Assembly (NCBI RefSeq): GCF_001194135.2
Contig: NC_068989.1
Location: 6,469,823 to 6,504,466, forward strand
Length of the DNA stretch: 34,644 nt
Direction of reading: 5' to 3'
DNA from: Octopus bimaculoides
Taxonomy: Eukaryota
Shown: piece by piece, positions 1-11,034 of the stretch
Numbering within the stretch: the stretch's first letter is position 1
How the letters are laid out: the number at the start of each line of letters is the position of its first letter
Program-made: the position numbers and the translations under genes
Notes under the pieces: generated by a model
The model's input: the letters and a program-made list of their open reading frames with translations, nothing else
Database searches by the model: none
What the model was told of the DNA's origin: nothing

Positions 1-11
1 TGGTAATAACG

Positions 12-390
12 ACGATGATAGCATTAATGATGATGATGATGATGATAGGGATGATGATGATGATGATGATGATAGGGATGATGATAATGACGATGATGAT
101 GATGATGAGGAAGAAATTAATATTGATTGCATTGGTGGTAATAATGATGATTGATAGGGATGCTGATGGTGATGATGATGATGACAACAATGATAATGAT
201 GATAATGATGATGATGATGAGGAGGAGGAGGAGAGGGAGGAGGAAATTAATGCTGATAGCAAAGTCAGTGATAATGAAGCTGATGAAGTTCACAACGATG
301 ACGACAATGACAATGACGACAATGACAATGACGACGATGATGATGATGATGCTGGTGCTGGTAATGATATTAAAGCAATGGAATGGTAGT
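12..390. repeat. Degenerate (GAT/GAC/GAG)n trinucleotide low-complexity tract
   Basis: Direct: runs of gat/atg/gac/gag; this explains the poly-M, poly-D and poly-S ORFs. Confidence 0.95.
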
Positions 391-883
391 AGTCTTCATT
401 TATAAAGCAGAACACATAGTGATGATGATAACGGAAATGTCTATAAAAATCACGTAGAAGAACTCTACTAATAAGCAACTCCCAAAACCAAAATTCTATT
501 GAATTAGGCTAAATTGGATTAAAGAACAAGCTGCAATGACAAGCTCACTGTTTCACTGATGAAAATTTCTGGTGATTCCATAGAACTGTTGCAGCCATTT
601 CCTTGTTAAAAATCTTTGGATAGTCATACCATGGATTAGCAATCACAGAGAGAGAGAGAGAGAGAGAGAGAATATTTTTCATCCTTCATATAATCTCTGG
701 ATAACTTGGTTTTAGAATTAAATATCTTAATATTGTATTTTGAAAGGAAAGAAAAAGAAAAGGCTTTCACAGGAACTTGCTGATAGAGTTATAGTAACGG
801 TAAGGTTTATGGTATTGGTCATGTGATAGAGTAATTGTTGCAGCCTCTAGATCAATCTCAATAGAATCATCCTGTATGATTTA

Positions 884-1057
884 TACAGTTCTTTATTTAA
901 GAGATGAGGAATTATGTACATTATTTACATTTGATGGATATTTGTCTTCATCTTGTTTGTTGTTAACACAACATTTCGGCTGATATACCCTCCAGCCTTC
1001 ATCAGGTGTCTTGGGGAAATTTCGAACCTGGGTTCTCATTCCTAAGGTATTTTTCGA

Positions 1058-1088
<31 letters not shown>

Positions 1089-1166
1089 TTTATTATTCAG
1101 GTCACTGCCTGGAATCGAACTCGGAATCTTGGGGGTTAGTAGCCCACACACTTAACCACTATGCCA
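884..1166 (-). mobile_element. tRNA-headed, hammerhead-containing SINE-like element, copy 1
   Basis: Minus strand: A box TGGCATAGTGG (1156-1166), B box GTTCGATTCC (1111-1120), (AAT)n linker, hammerhead core (965-1010) and a tail ending ...cctcatctcttaaataaagaactgta. Near-identical to 22503-22762. Confidence 0.85.
965..1010 (-). ncRNA. Minimal type I hammerhead ribozyme motif (Penelope-associated type)
   Basis: GACAC-CTGATGA-A-GGCTG-gagggtatat-CAGCC-GAAA-TGTT-GTGTT. Stem I GACAC/GTGTT, stem II GGCTG/CAGCC, short dimer-type stem III (ATGT, a probable CpG-decay variant of ACGT) and a GUU cleavage triplet. Confidence 0.75.
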
Positions 1167-1344
1167 AACCACTTTGCCAAATTCCATGTGGTTGTTTATT
1201 CCAGAATTGTCTTCTGTGTTCACTGGGAAAAATCGAATTACCATTAGTCATTGAGTTACATCTCTATTGTCCTCACTTCATTTTTATTTCTAGTTAGTTC
1301 TTTAATGTTCTGTGTGTTAGATAATAAGCTCTAACCTATTCTGT

Positions 1345-1860
1345 ACAATACCCGATAACCAGAAGTTGCAACATATAAAATACTCTCCAGCTAGTCGTAA
1401 GTAACACAATGTAAGGTCAAAGTCAGCTATAGCGGTATAAAACAGTGTCAGCATTATTTCAATTTGAAAACTTAGGATTGTCAGTTTAGTGACCAACTGT
1501 AATTTCTGTAATAAACAGGATTGTTCCTTCATATAAAATATCGAACAAAAGCTTGTGTTTTTGGTGAATTGCCCAATAGCTGAAAGACTTACTTTAATTT
1601 CAGTCAAAGTAGTTTTAAAAGACGTAGCATGAATTACAAGTCACTGTCAAGTACAAGCCTTGTCCAGTTATATATGGGAATTGAAAGAACAAAGTGTTGA
1701 CGGTTTCAATGTTAAATGGCCAATAATAAAATGTAGCATGCCTAAAGATTAAGTAAAAAAGCAATGTCACCTACGTGTGCCTGAGAAATATCACATATTT
1801 ACAAAACCAAAGTATAATTTAAATAAGAGATACTATGATAGTGCCACCATGATGAAAAGA
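1345..1860 (+). pseudogene. Decayed Penelope-like element ORF C-terminus (RT-EN linker and GIY-YIG endonuclease region)
   Basis: Manual translation across stops and frameshifts gives KVKVSYS, NCNFCNKQDCS, KTYFNFSQSSFKRR and ALSSYIWELKEQSVDGFNVKWPII...QCHL...EKYHI...LNKR. These match, in order, the PLE motifs KxSYS, CNCRxxxxCP, YIGxTxxxFKxR, LSxYIWxLK, CxLCxxEK and LNKR. Confidence 0.75.
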
Positions 1861-2103
1861 TCTTTTTAGTATAGCACGACAGAGTAATAGAGTCCAGTTT
1901 GGATGATGGACAGTTACTGTATTATGCTTTCTGCTGTAGAGAGTTAACAGGGAGACAATTGTTGCTTTGGAGAGATTATTTTCTTAATACATCATTAGAG
2001 AGAAAGAAGAACACAGACTGGAAATATGCGGAGTACAATCCTATGCAGCTGAGCAGCTAATGTTAAAGTATTGTCTATATTTTCTTTATCAACGTACACT
2101 AGA

Positions 2104-2249
2104 CACAGGCGTAGTTGTGTGGTTAGAAGTTGGCTTCACAACCACATGGTGCTGGGTTCACTTCCACAGCACGACACTTTGGAAAGTACCTTCTACTATA
2201 GCCTCAGGCCAACCTGATCCTTGTGAGTGGATTTGGTTGATGGAAGCTC

Positions 2250-2342
<93 letters not shown>

Positions 2343-2494
2343 CGTTTAAGATGATTCCCATGCTTTCCTTGATGAGAAGGTTACAATTTTAATATCAAAG
2401 ATCCCTATGGATCAAACAGGTTGTAATCCTTTGAAACATATGTAGGAATAAAGTATGCAATTATAACATGCGTTTTCTCCAATCCTTAAATTCT

Positions 2495-2534
<40 letters not shown>

Positions 2535-2615
2535 TATATACACAAATATATATATATATATATAGATAGATAGATACATATATACAGATATAGATATGCA
2601 TACACACACACATAT

Positions 2616-2670
<55 letters not shown>

Positions 2671-2888
2671 TATGCATGTATGTATCTAAGTGTGTGTGTT
2701 TTTGTGTTTGTATTTGTGCCCCGGCATTGCTTAACAAGCGATTTTGATGTATTTACGTCCCTGTAACGTAGCAGCTCGGTAAAAGAGCCTGATAAACTAA
2801 GCACCAGGCTTTAAAAAAAGGCGCTGGGCTCAGTTCATTTGATTAAAACCTCTCTGTGGCCACAGTCAAACAAGTAAAAGATAAAAGA
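2104..2888 (+). mobile_element. Diverged long tRNA-SINE with an expanded central (GT)n/(TA)n microsatellite
   Basis: Head and 'ccttgtgagtggatttgg' module at 2104-2250. The 3' module ('tttacgtccctgtaacgtagc...aaacaagtaaaaga') at about 2700-2888 is homologous to 5760-5957 and 19320-19518. Confidence 0.75.
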
Positions 2889-3597
2889 AATCTCAAGAAT
2901 AACATTCATACTTGAAGCAATACAAAAGTAGACAACTTTAACTCTAATATAACAATATATAACTCACACAGATACAATTATATATAAGATGAAATGGGGG
3001 GAAGGGAAGAGCAGATGAATGGATGGTTAGATAGACAAACAGACAGATATAAATGATGAGGTTTAAACATATTGATTTAAACATTGGTTTTGGTTCCCAC
3101 TCTAGTTTCACACATGAAAGTAAAATAGTGGCCAAAATCACAGTTAAAATAAATATATTATTTAACTCTACACCATCTATTGAGTGTTATTTCTCTCTTT
3201 CGTTTTACAAACTGGGTTGGAGGGGTATGTGTCAACTCATATGTGTGTTTGTGTGTCAATGCATACATGTGTTTTTGTGTATTTTTGTAGGTGTGTGTGT
3301 GTGAGAGGGACACAGAAAGGGAAAACGTGTGTGTGTAGGCATATGCATATGTATATCTTATCTTGAGAATATAATCAGCAGCTAGGAAAGTGTTGAATAT
3401 AACAAGGACACAAGTAATTTATTATTTTGAATTGCAAACTAACACCGAAAGGAAACCCAAGTGTTAAATAGAAAATGGACAGAATAATCTATAATAAACT
3501 TGAACGTAGTTTTTGTGAGTATTTCAAAGGTAAATGGGGGGTAAGGAGCAGAATTTGTAAAAACAGAGAAGACTGAGTCTGTTTAGATAAGTATTTA

Positions 3598-3643
<46 letters not shown>

Positions 3644-3960
3644 ACAAGTGCACACACACATTATTTATTTAATAGCAGTTTGATTCGGTTCCATGCGACT
3701 TCAAGTTTGGTAGGCTCATTCATCGAACCAAACTCATCAAGTTCAGAGATCTCTAAGTTACATGGAGTCAAATCAAAGATTCCATATGCCAAGTTACCCA
3801 CAGTATGTGCAGTTGATTATGTCTATACATACATATTTTTCATTCCCTTTCGAAATTATCCCTATTGTGGATTGGAGTTTTGACTGCTCCTTCTAGCAGG
3901 TTAGATGTCCTATTATGGACATCTCTCTGATGTGTTTAAATTTACACTGTATTTTATATG

Positions 3961-4012
<52 letters not shown>

Positions 4013-4257
4013 NNNNNNNNNNNNNNNNNNNNNNNNNNNNNNNNNNNNNNNNNNNNNNNNNNNNNNNNNNNNNNNNNNNNNNNNNNNNNNNNNNNNNNNN
4101 NNNNNNNNNNNNNNNNNNNNNNNNNNNNNNNNNNNNNNNNNNNNNNNNNNNNNNNNNNNNNNNNNNNNNNNNNNNNNNNNNNNNNNNNNNNNNNNNNNNN
4201 NNNNNNNNNNNNNNNNNNNNNNNNNNNNNNNNNNNNNNNNNNNNNNNNNNNNNNNNN
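4013..4257. other. Assembly gap (N) inside a (TA)n/(CATA)n microsatellite
   Basis: Direct: N run. Confidence 1.
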
Positions 4258-4334
4258 TATATACATATATATATACATATGTATATACATACATATATGT
4301 ATATACATATATATATACATATGTATATACATAC

Positions 4335-4419
<85 letters not shown>

Positions 4420-4904
4420 AAATATGAATACATAAATATAGGCATATTCACATGTACGGACATACATACATAAGTAGCTAGGTAAAGTGGGAAGTTAAGA
4501 TATGGATTGTGGAGTAAATATACAGAGAAAAAAATTGTGTAAAGTATCAGAGGCCATGAGAGAGACAGGACACTCGAATTCTGTTCTGTTGACACAGAAA
4601 GAGGACAAAAGGTAAGCAGTAAGTGACTGAAGATTGTTGATTTGTAAATCTATCCTTCTCTGTTGATAACATTTTTGATAAATAAAACATACAAACAATC
4701 CACCTGACTGTTATCATGGTGTCAAGGTGACATCAGGTTTTATAGAAAAACAAACTGATAAGAATATAGAATATCATGCGATTGAACAGACAGTCAGATG
4801 TTGTTATACATTGCTTGTCACAATGCGCTTTGCATTGCTTTAGCTCTCAAATGATGTCATCCTCCTGGCTAGGTAAACAGGCTGACATTAAACCTGATTG
4901 GAAG

Positions 4905-5055
4905 GCTGTTCCATTGCAGGGCTACCAATTTACAGCTGAGGGAACTGAAGTAACATGAATTGAAGTGTTTTGTTTGAAACACAACATGCCACCCAGTCTG
5001 GGAATTGAACCTGCAATCTAGTGATCATGAGTGCAACACCTTAACCACTAGGCCA
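4905..5055 (-). mobile_element. Diverged tRNA-derived SINE (head and body similar to the 19038 and 24641 family)
   Basis: The reverse complement shows A/B-box-like motifs (tggcctagtggttaagg; ggttcaattccc). Confidence 0.65.
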
Positions 5056-5081
5056 GATATGATAAAAATAAACTTAATTAT

Positions 5082-5440
5082 AAACAAAAGCACTCAGAGA
5101 GCGCAAACCTCCACCAAGGTAGCACTATTAGTCAGAGATGGCTTTTGAAATGAGAATATCTGAAATAAACTCAACTGCTTTCACAAATGAGAATACTAAA
5201 AATGAAACCAACCACTCTCAAAAATTAAGTAAAAAAACAGGAAAAATAATCCAGAATCCTTGTCCGGAACTGGATTGATCCCAAAATCTAATCAGTTTGT
5301 GCCAGTCATAAGGCGAAACATCCCTGAAAGTTTCATCTGAAACCATTCAGCGGTTCTTGAAATATCTTGTCCACAGACAAACACACAAACAAACACGACT
5401 GAAAACAATACCTCTTCCCTCGCTAAGGGAGAGGTAATAA
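5082..5440 (+). mobile_element. Non-autonomous element with Helentron-associated (HINE/DINE-1/pearl-like) architecture
   Basis: 5' 'aacaaaagcactcagagagcgcaaacctccaccaagg', an (ACAA/ACAC) microsatellite near the 3' end and a terminal hairpin tacctcttccct-cgcta-agggagaggta (5409-5436). The family assignment is inference. Confidence 0.55.
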
Positions 5441-5466
5441 TAATAATAATAATAATAATACTTGAA

Positions 5467-5570
5467 CAGTGGCACCTTGGGCAAGTGTCTTCTACAATAG
5501 CCTCGGGCCGACCAAAGCCTTGTGAGTGGATTTGGTAGACGGAAACTGAAAGAAGCCCGTCGTATATATG

Positions 5571-5622
<52 letters not shown>

Positions 5623-5706
5623 NNNNNNNNNNNNNNNNNNNNNNNNNNNNNNNNNNNNNNNNNNNNNNNNNNNNNNNNNNNNNNNNNNNNNNNNNNNNNN
5701 NNNNNN

Positions 5707-5748
<42 letters not shown>

Positions 5749-5957
5749 AGTGTATATGTTTGTGTGTCTGTGTTTGTCCCCTTAACATCGCTTGACAACC
5801 GATGGTGGTGTTTACGTTCCCGTAACTTAGCGGTTCAGCAAAAGAGGCCAATAGAATAAGTACTAGACTTACAAAGAATAAGTCCCGGGGTTGATTTGCT
5901 CGACTAAAGGCGGTGCTCCAGCATGGCCGCAGTCAAATGACTGAAACAAGTAAAAAG
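5467..5957 (+). mobile_element. Long tRNA-SINE (5'-truncated) with an internal (TA)n and gap
   Basis: Contains 'gccttgtgagtggatttggtagacggaaactgaaagaagcccgtcg' and the 3' module ending 'gactgaaacaagtaaaaag', both repeated elsewhere in the window. Confidence 0.9.
5623..5706. other. Assembly gap (N)
   Basis: Direct: N run. Confidence 1.
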
Positions 5958-6293
5958 GAAAACTACAAGTATCTGAAGTGGGAAATATGAAGGTTGTGGT
6001 CAATGAAGAGAATAGACTTGATACGAATAGTAATTGGTGCAGTTGGAGGTATTTGCACTCAACTACCAGCATGGCTGAACAAGATTGGTACGAATGTAAA
6101 GATATAGAACCTAAAATAAATCAGCATTGCTTGGAACTGCAAGAATTGGCATTACTTAGAACTGCATGCATATTGCGTAAAGTACTGCCTGTCTGAGGTC
6201 CTTGTTGTGATTTGACAGGCAGTACAAATATAATATCTTCAATCAACATCATGATATTGGATACTGTGTGATGTCTTAAATAATAATAATAAT
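5958..6293 (+). mobile_element. R4/Dong-like RLE non-LTR retrotransposon 3' fragment ending in (TAA)n
   Basis: Translation KENYKYLKWEI*RLWSMKRIDLIRIVIGAVGGICTQLPAWLNKIGTNVKI...SALLGTARI/ALLRTACILRKVLPV*, which is a typical restriction-like endonuclease C-terminus. A 3'UTR and (taa)n follow. Confidence 0.8.
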
Positions 6294-6316
6294 TGTTTCT
6301 AATTTTGGTAGAAACC

Positions 6317-6398
6317 CAAGGTGTCACACAGTGGGAACGAACTTGAAGCCATGTTTTTGCAAAGCAAACTTATTAACCATGCTGCCAAGCCTGCACCT
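6317..6398 (-). mobile_element. Diverged SINE head fragment
   Basis: Similar to the reverse complement of the 7430-7520 head. Confidence 0.55.
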
Positions 6399-7397
6399 AT
6401 TTATATATTAAAACTGAATGCAGTCAGACAGGAGACAAGACAGAAATAGTGAATATTAAGCAGAGCCAAATATTATTAATTTTATTTTGTATTTTTGTGT
6501 TTTAGCTTCTCATATTTCTATTGTAACATCTCTACCTCCATATTCACAAAGTACAAACATACTAATGTATTTTTCAAACAATCTACGCTTAATTATCAAA
6601 TAATTAATTGGTTGATTACATTAATTGACTTTCTAATAAATCATTATTATTTAAAAATTTCAGAAAATTGTTATGTTTATGTGAGTCACCTGTTTAATTC
6701 AACAAGTGAATGTTCTTATCAACATTGACAGTTCCATGAAATAACTACAGACAGAGAACCAAGGTAAGTTATTATAATAAGCTTCATTTTCTGGCTGCAT
6801 AATCTTATATCTAGGGACAGAGATGAAGTAGCTCAAATAATCTTTATGAGATCAACCGAATATCAAATATATACCTTATAATCCGCTGCTGTGCTTGAAG
6901 ATCAGCTCAAGACATTTGTACGGATCACCAATGTAGAGAAGATATTTTTGTTTGAAAAGGATTTAAGGGGAATCTTTACCGTAACAATAAATTAATAGAT
7001 AACCTTCTGCCTTGGTTGGAGTTATCTGCTAGGCTTACTATGGAAACATAAGCCCATGGATAATACTATTGCTTCCAAATGAGTAAGACACCCAGGAGAG
7101 ACATAAAAAAAAACTTATGGAGGAAAAAAATGAGTTGTTTGGAGTTTTATGGGGAAGAAAATAGACTAGGATAATCAAGATTTCTTGCGTAAGAATAAAT
7201 CCTTGAATGGATTAGAAGAGGAAGCATGAAATTATATTGCATGCATGCCTTTTTGGAGAGATATAAGTACTGAAATTGAATCCCATGCAGTGGCCACTGT
7301 TTCGTAAGAATTATGATATATATATATATTACTGCATCTATATTGTTCAACCCATGTTAGCATGCAAAACAGACATTAAAGAATGATGATGATGATG

Positions 7398-7428
<31 letters not shown>

Positions 7429-7429
7429 A

Positions 7430-7591
7430 GGCACAGGAGTGGTTGTGTTGTAAGTAGCTTGCTTCCAAAACCACATGGTTCCGGGTTCAGTACCACAGCA
7501 TGGCATCCTGGGCATGTCTCTTCTGCTATAGCCTTGGGCCAACTAAAGCCTTGTGAGTGGATTTGGTAGACGGAAACTGAAAGAAGCCCGT

Positions 7592-7596
<5 letters not shown>
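7430..7596 (+). mobile_element. tRNA-SINE, short form ending in (GT/TA)n
   Basis: Head with A/B-box-like motifs plus the shared 'gccttgtgagtggatttggtagacggaaactgaaagaagcccgtcg' module. Confidence 0.9.
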
Positions 7597-7637
<41 letters not shown>

Positions 7638-7640
<3 letters not shown>

Positions 7641-8050
7641 GGTGCGTAAGGTATTTGGAGACATACTTTTGGGGGGTCATTGCTGCATTTTTTGCTAACT
7701 CTGTATAATCTTTGTTTTAGAAAATAATAATAATGACACACCCTCAGCTTTCTCAAGAAATGAAGAGGCATGCTGATATTGTGGTTATAAAGGCTGAGCA
7801 TAGCAATTTAGAAATATCTCAATTTTTAAAAGTTGCCAGATCTTTCATCTACAAAGTTTGTAATGAGTTAGAGACTGAATATGGAAACATATCACCAGTA
7901 TCAAAGCATAAAAAGCATTCTAAATGCTCTGAAATCACAAGAACACCTGAATTTATCCAGCAAATTCAACAGACCATTGATTGCAATCCCAGAAAGTCCA
8001 TGAGGTCAATTTGCAAAAGATCTCCAGGTGTCAGAAGGAACAGTCAGAAA
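7638..8050 (+). mobile_element. Tc1/mariner-superfamily transposon 5' fragment with transposase N-terminus
   Basis: Begins TA|CAGGGTG. ORF 7733-8068 (MKRHADIVVIKAEHSNLEISQFLKVARSFIYKV...RTPEFIQQIQQTIDCNPRKSMRSI) resembles the paired HTH region of mariner/maT-type transposases. Truncated before the DDD domain. Confidence 0.8.
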
Positions 8051-9147
8051 TGTTGGCGCCAGCAATAGTGCTATTACTTAGTACCAGCATGGGTGCTTTA
8101 TACGTGGCACTGGCACGGGTGCTTCTTTTGTGGCACCAGCACCAATGCTACTGTGTAGTGCCAGCATGAGTGCATTATACGTGGCAAGGGCAAAAATTAA
8201 ACCAAAAGGAAAATATATTGGTCATGTAGTTTTATGGCCGACTTTGGGCTAAAAAAGAACAAGAATTTATTTTCAGTTCGTTTTTGTAATCCCATTCATG
8301 TCGACGGTAGAGCCATGACTTCTCTACTCGTTCTGGAAGTTATTTCTCTTTTTTAACTGCCACTACTACGACTACTACTACAGCTACTAATCTATCACAG
8401 TTAATGTTCTGTATCAGAATAACTTAAAATCAATTCTCCAACATCAAGGAAAAGTTAGAAGTTTTGTACCATGTCTGCCATAGTTTATGAACTCACGACC
8501 CATCAACTAGAAGCATAATAGCTTAACCATAAATCCATTTCAATTCTATTACAAATAAGTAAACAAACGAAAGAAAATGTTTCTGCTTAAGTAAATAGGC
8601 GTTTCTTCTGAAAGATATGTTGAATTCAAAGCAAACAAGATATTTTATTATTAGAAACTAGTCTTACGTTGGTCCACGAAGGTTATTTTGTAAAACATTG
8701 AATGTCTCGATAGTTAAGTCGTTATATGTGAGAAGACTAACATTAACCTCAAATATCGATTGTTCTTGGAGTACAGACAAAAGAAAACAAAAAACAAAAC
8801 GAAACAAAAATACGTTGCGAATTGACGGTGGATACAATGCTAGTACAGTGTTTGTTCCAGTTCTCTGGTTGTGTTTTAAGTTCAAAACCTACTAAGATCA
8901 GTTTCGTTATTACATTCTCCAAGGGTTGTCAAATAAAGAACAAAATATAGAGCGAGTTGAAATCCCATCGAGGTCAACTTTGTCTTTTATCTCCGAGAGG
9001 TGTGTGTGTGTGTGTGGGTCAATAAACTAAAATAGCAGTCAAATATTGTAAGCGATGTAACTAACTTGCTGCCCGACGTCAAAAATTGCTGGCTTCTAAC
9101 CCTGCATTGAACTGGTGTCTTGGTTTATCCCCTCTATGCTTAGCAAT

Positions 9148-9527
9148 GTTGGCACTCCGTCACTTACGACGTCGAGGGTTCCAGTTGATCCGATCAACGG
9201 AACAGCCTGCTCGTGAAATAAACGTGCAAGTGGCTGAGCACTCCACAGACACGTGTATATTTAACGTAGTTCTCAGGGATATTCAGCGTGACACAGAGTG
9301 TGACAATGCTGACCCTTTGAATTACAGGCACAACAGAAACAGGAAGTAAGAGTGAGAGAAAGTTGTGGTGAAAGAGTACAGCAAGCTTCGCCACAATCCA
9401 CTGCCGGAGGGTCGTGGAACTTTAGGAGTTTTCGCTCAATAAACACTCACAACGGTCTGGGAATCGAAACCGCGATCCTATGACCGCAAGTCCACTGCCC
9501 TAACCACTGGGCCATTGCGCCTCCACT
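9148..9527 (-). mobile_element. Full-length tRNA-derived SINE with an 11-bp target-site duplication
   Basis: Minus-strand head ggaggcgcaatggcccagtggttaggg...gtttcgattccc. TSD tgcttagcaat at 9137-9147 and 9528-9538. The 3' module is shared with 24800-24966. Confidence 0.9.
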
Positions 9528-9619
9528 TGCTTAGCAATAAAGAATTAGAAAAGTTCATTTCATAAAATCCATGATAGGTTGGAGTCCAAGAGCAAAAAGA
9601 GTTCCATATATGTATGTAT

Positions 9620-9938
9620 ACGATGGGTTTCTTTCAGTTTCCGTTCACATGATTTTGGTCGGCGTGAGGCTATAGTAGAAGACACTTGCCCAAGGTGCTA
9701 CGTAGTGGGTCTGAACCCGGAACCATGTGGGTGAGAAGCAAACTCCTTATCACGTAACCACGCCTGTACCTACTTAGTAAATTTATATACAAGACAGGTT
9801 TCTTTCAGCTTCCATGTACGAAATCCACTTAAAGGTTTTAGTAGAAGACACATGCTCAAGGTGCCACAGTGAGGGACAGATCCCAGAGCCATGTGGTTGA
9901 GAAGCTAACTTCTTACCACACAGCTACGCCGGCGCCTA
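9620..9938 (-). mobile_element. Two adjacent short SINE copies (about 9620-9771 and 9796-9938)
   Basis: Both are reverse-complement homologues of 7430-7596. Confidence 0.85.
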
Positions 9939-10446
9939 CTACGTGTAAATTTTCCCAATAATATAAAAATCCTACGTGCACGTGAAATGATTTTTGAGTG
10001 CATTACATAAGATAAAATTTGGCTCTAGTTTTGTAACTACTAAAAGATGCACCAGCACAGTTTTTTTTAAAAATAGATATAATTACATTGTACGAAGCAT
10101 CTTGTTATTTTAAAGTTAACTGTTTTGAACAAATGCAATTCTTATTTTTAGCTTTCTTTTTTTCTTTATGTTGTTCTTTGTTTTTGTTTAGAATGCGAAG
10201 TGTATAATTTCCTTCGTGAATTCGTTACTTACATACATAACGTGTATAAACACACACACACACACACACACACGTATACCCATATAATATGCAGACTATA
10301 TACATGCCTGTATGCATGCATACAGGCATACATACGTACATAGATAATTACATACATACAAACATGCATATATATATATATATATATATACATACATATA
10401 TACATTCATGCATGCATAAATAGATAGACAGAAAGATAGATAGCCT

Positions 10447-10482
<36 letters not shown>

Positions 10483-11034
10483 TGCATATACATATACATA
10501 AGTATACTTGCATATGTGTATATATATATATATGCACTTATAGGAATAAAAATGTGTGTGTGTGAAGAAATATTGTTCTTAGGTAGAGCACACAAATAGG
10601 AATACGATTTTAATCTATCTGCTGTGCTTTCTACACGGGATATAAGGTACTTCACTGTGCTTCGTTGGTCGCTTGCTATTTCAATTTAGTCTATGAATGT
10701 AACTATTTGGAATCTACTAACGTTACACTCACGTGTGCGTCTGTGTGTGTGTGTATATTTGTGTTAGTGTACTTTGCTTCTTCAGTAATTACTGTAGAAA
10801 ACTAATATATTTATTAAATTATTATGTTATTACTTTCGTTTTGCGGTTATGCAGGGTGCACACACATCGTTATATCCTAGCATAAAATACTTCTTTAAAA
10901 ATTTGATGTAAGCTCACCGTAAAACTAACTTCACTGGCTTAGCATAGAAGCTAATGAAGAAACAGCCATATGGGTCCTTTGATCGATTTGCCGCTTGTTG
11001 TAGTTACTGGACTGTGTCCATTCTAGAGCATCTC

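Noticed and set aside
15-478. Poly-M, poly-D and poly-S ORFs
   Set aside because: These are translations of a trinucleotide low-complexity tract, with no splice or homology support.
3665-3815. Minus-strand open frame STAHTVGNLAYGIFDLTPCNLEISELDEFGSMNEPTKLEVAWNRIKLLLK
   Set aside because: Bounded by stops, with no in-frame acceptor or suitable start and no recognised homology.
3893-4595. Long YI/CV/HT-repeat ORFs here and throughout the window
   Set aside because: Artefacts of dinucleotide and tetranucleotide microsatellites and N gaps.
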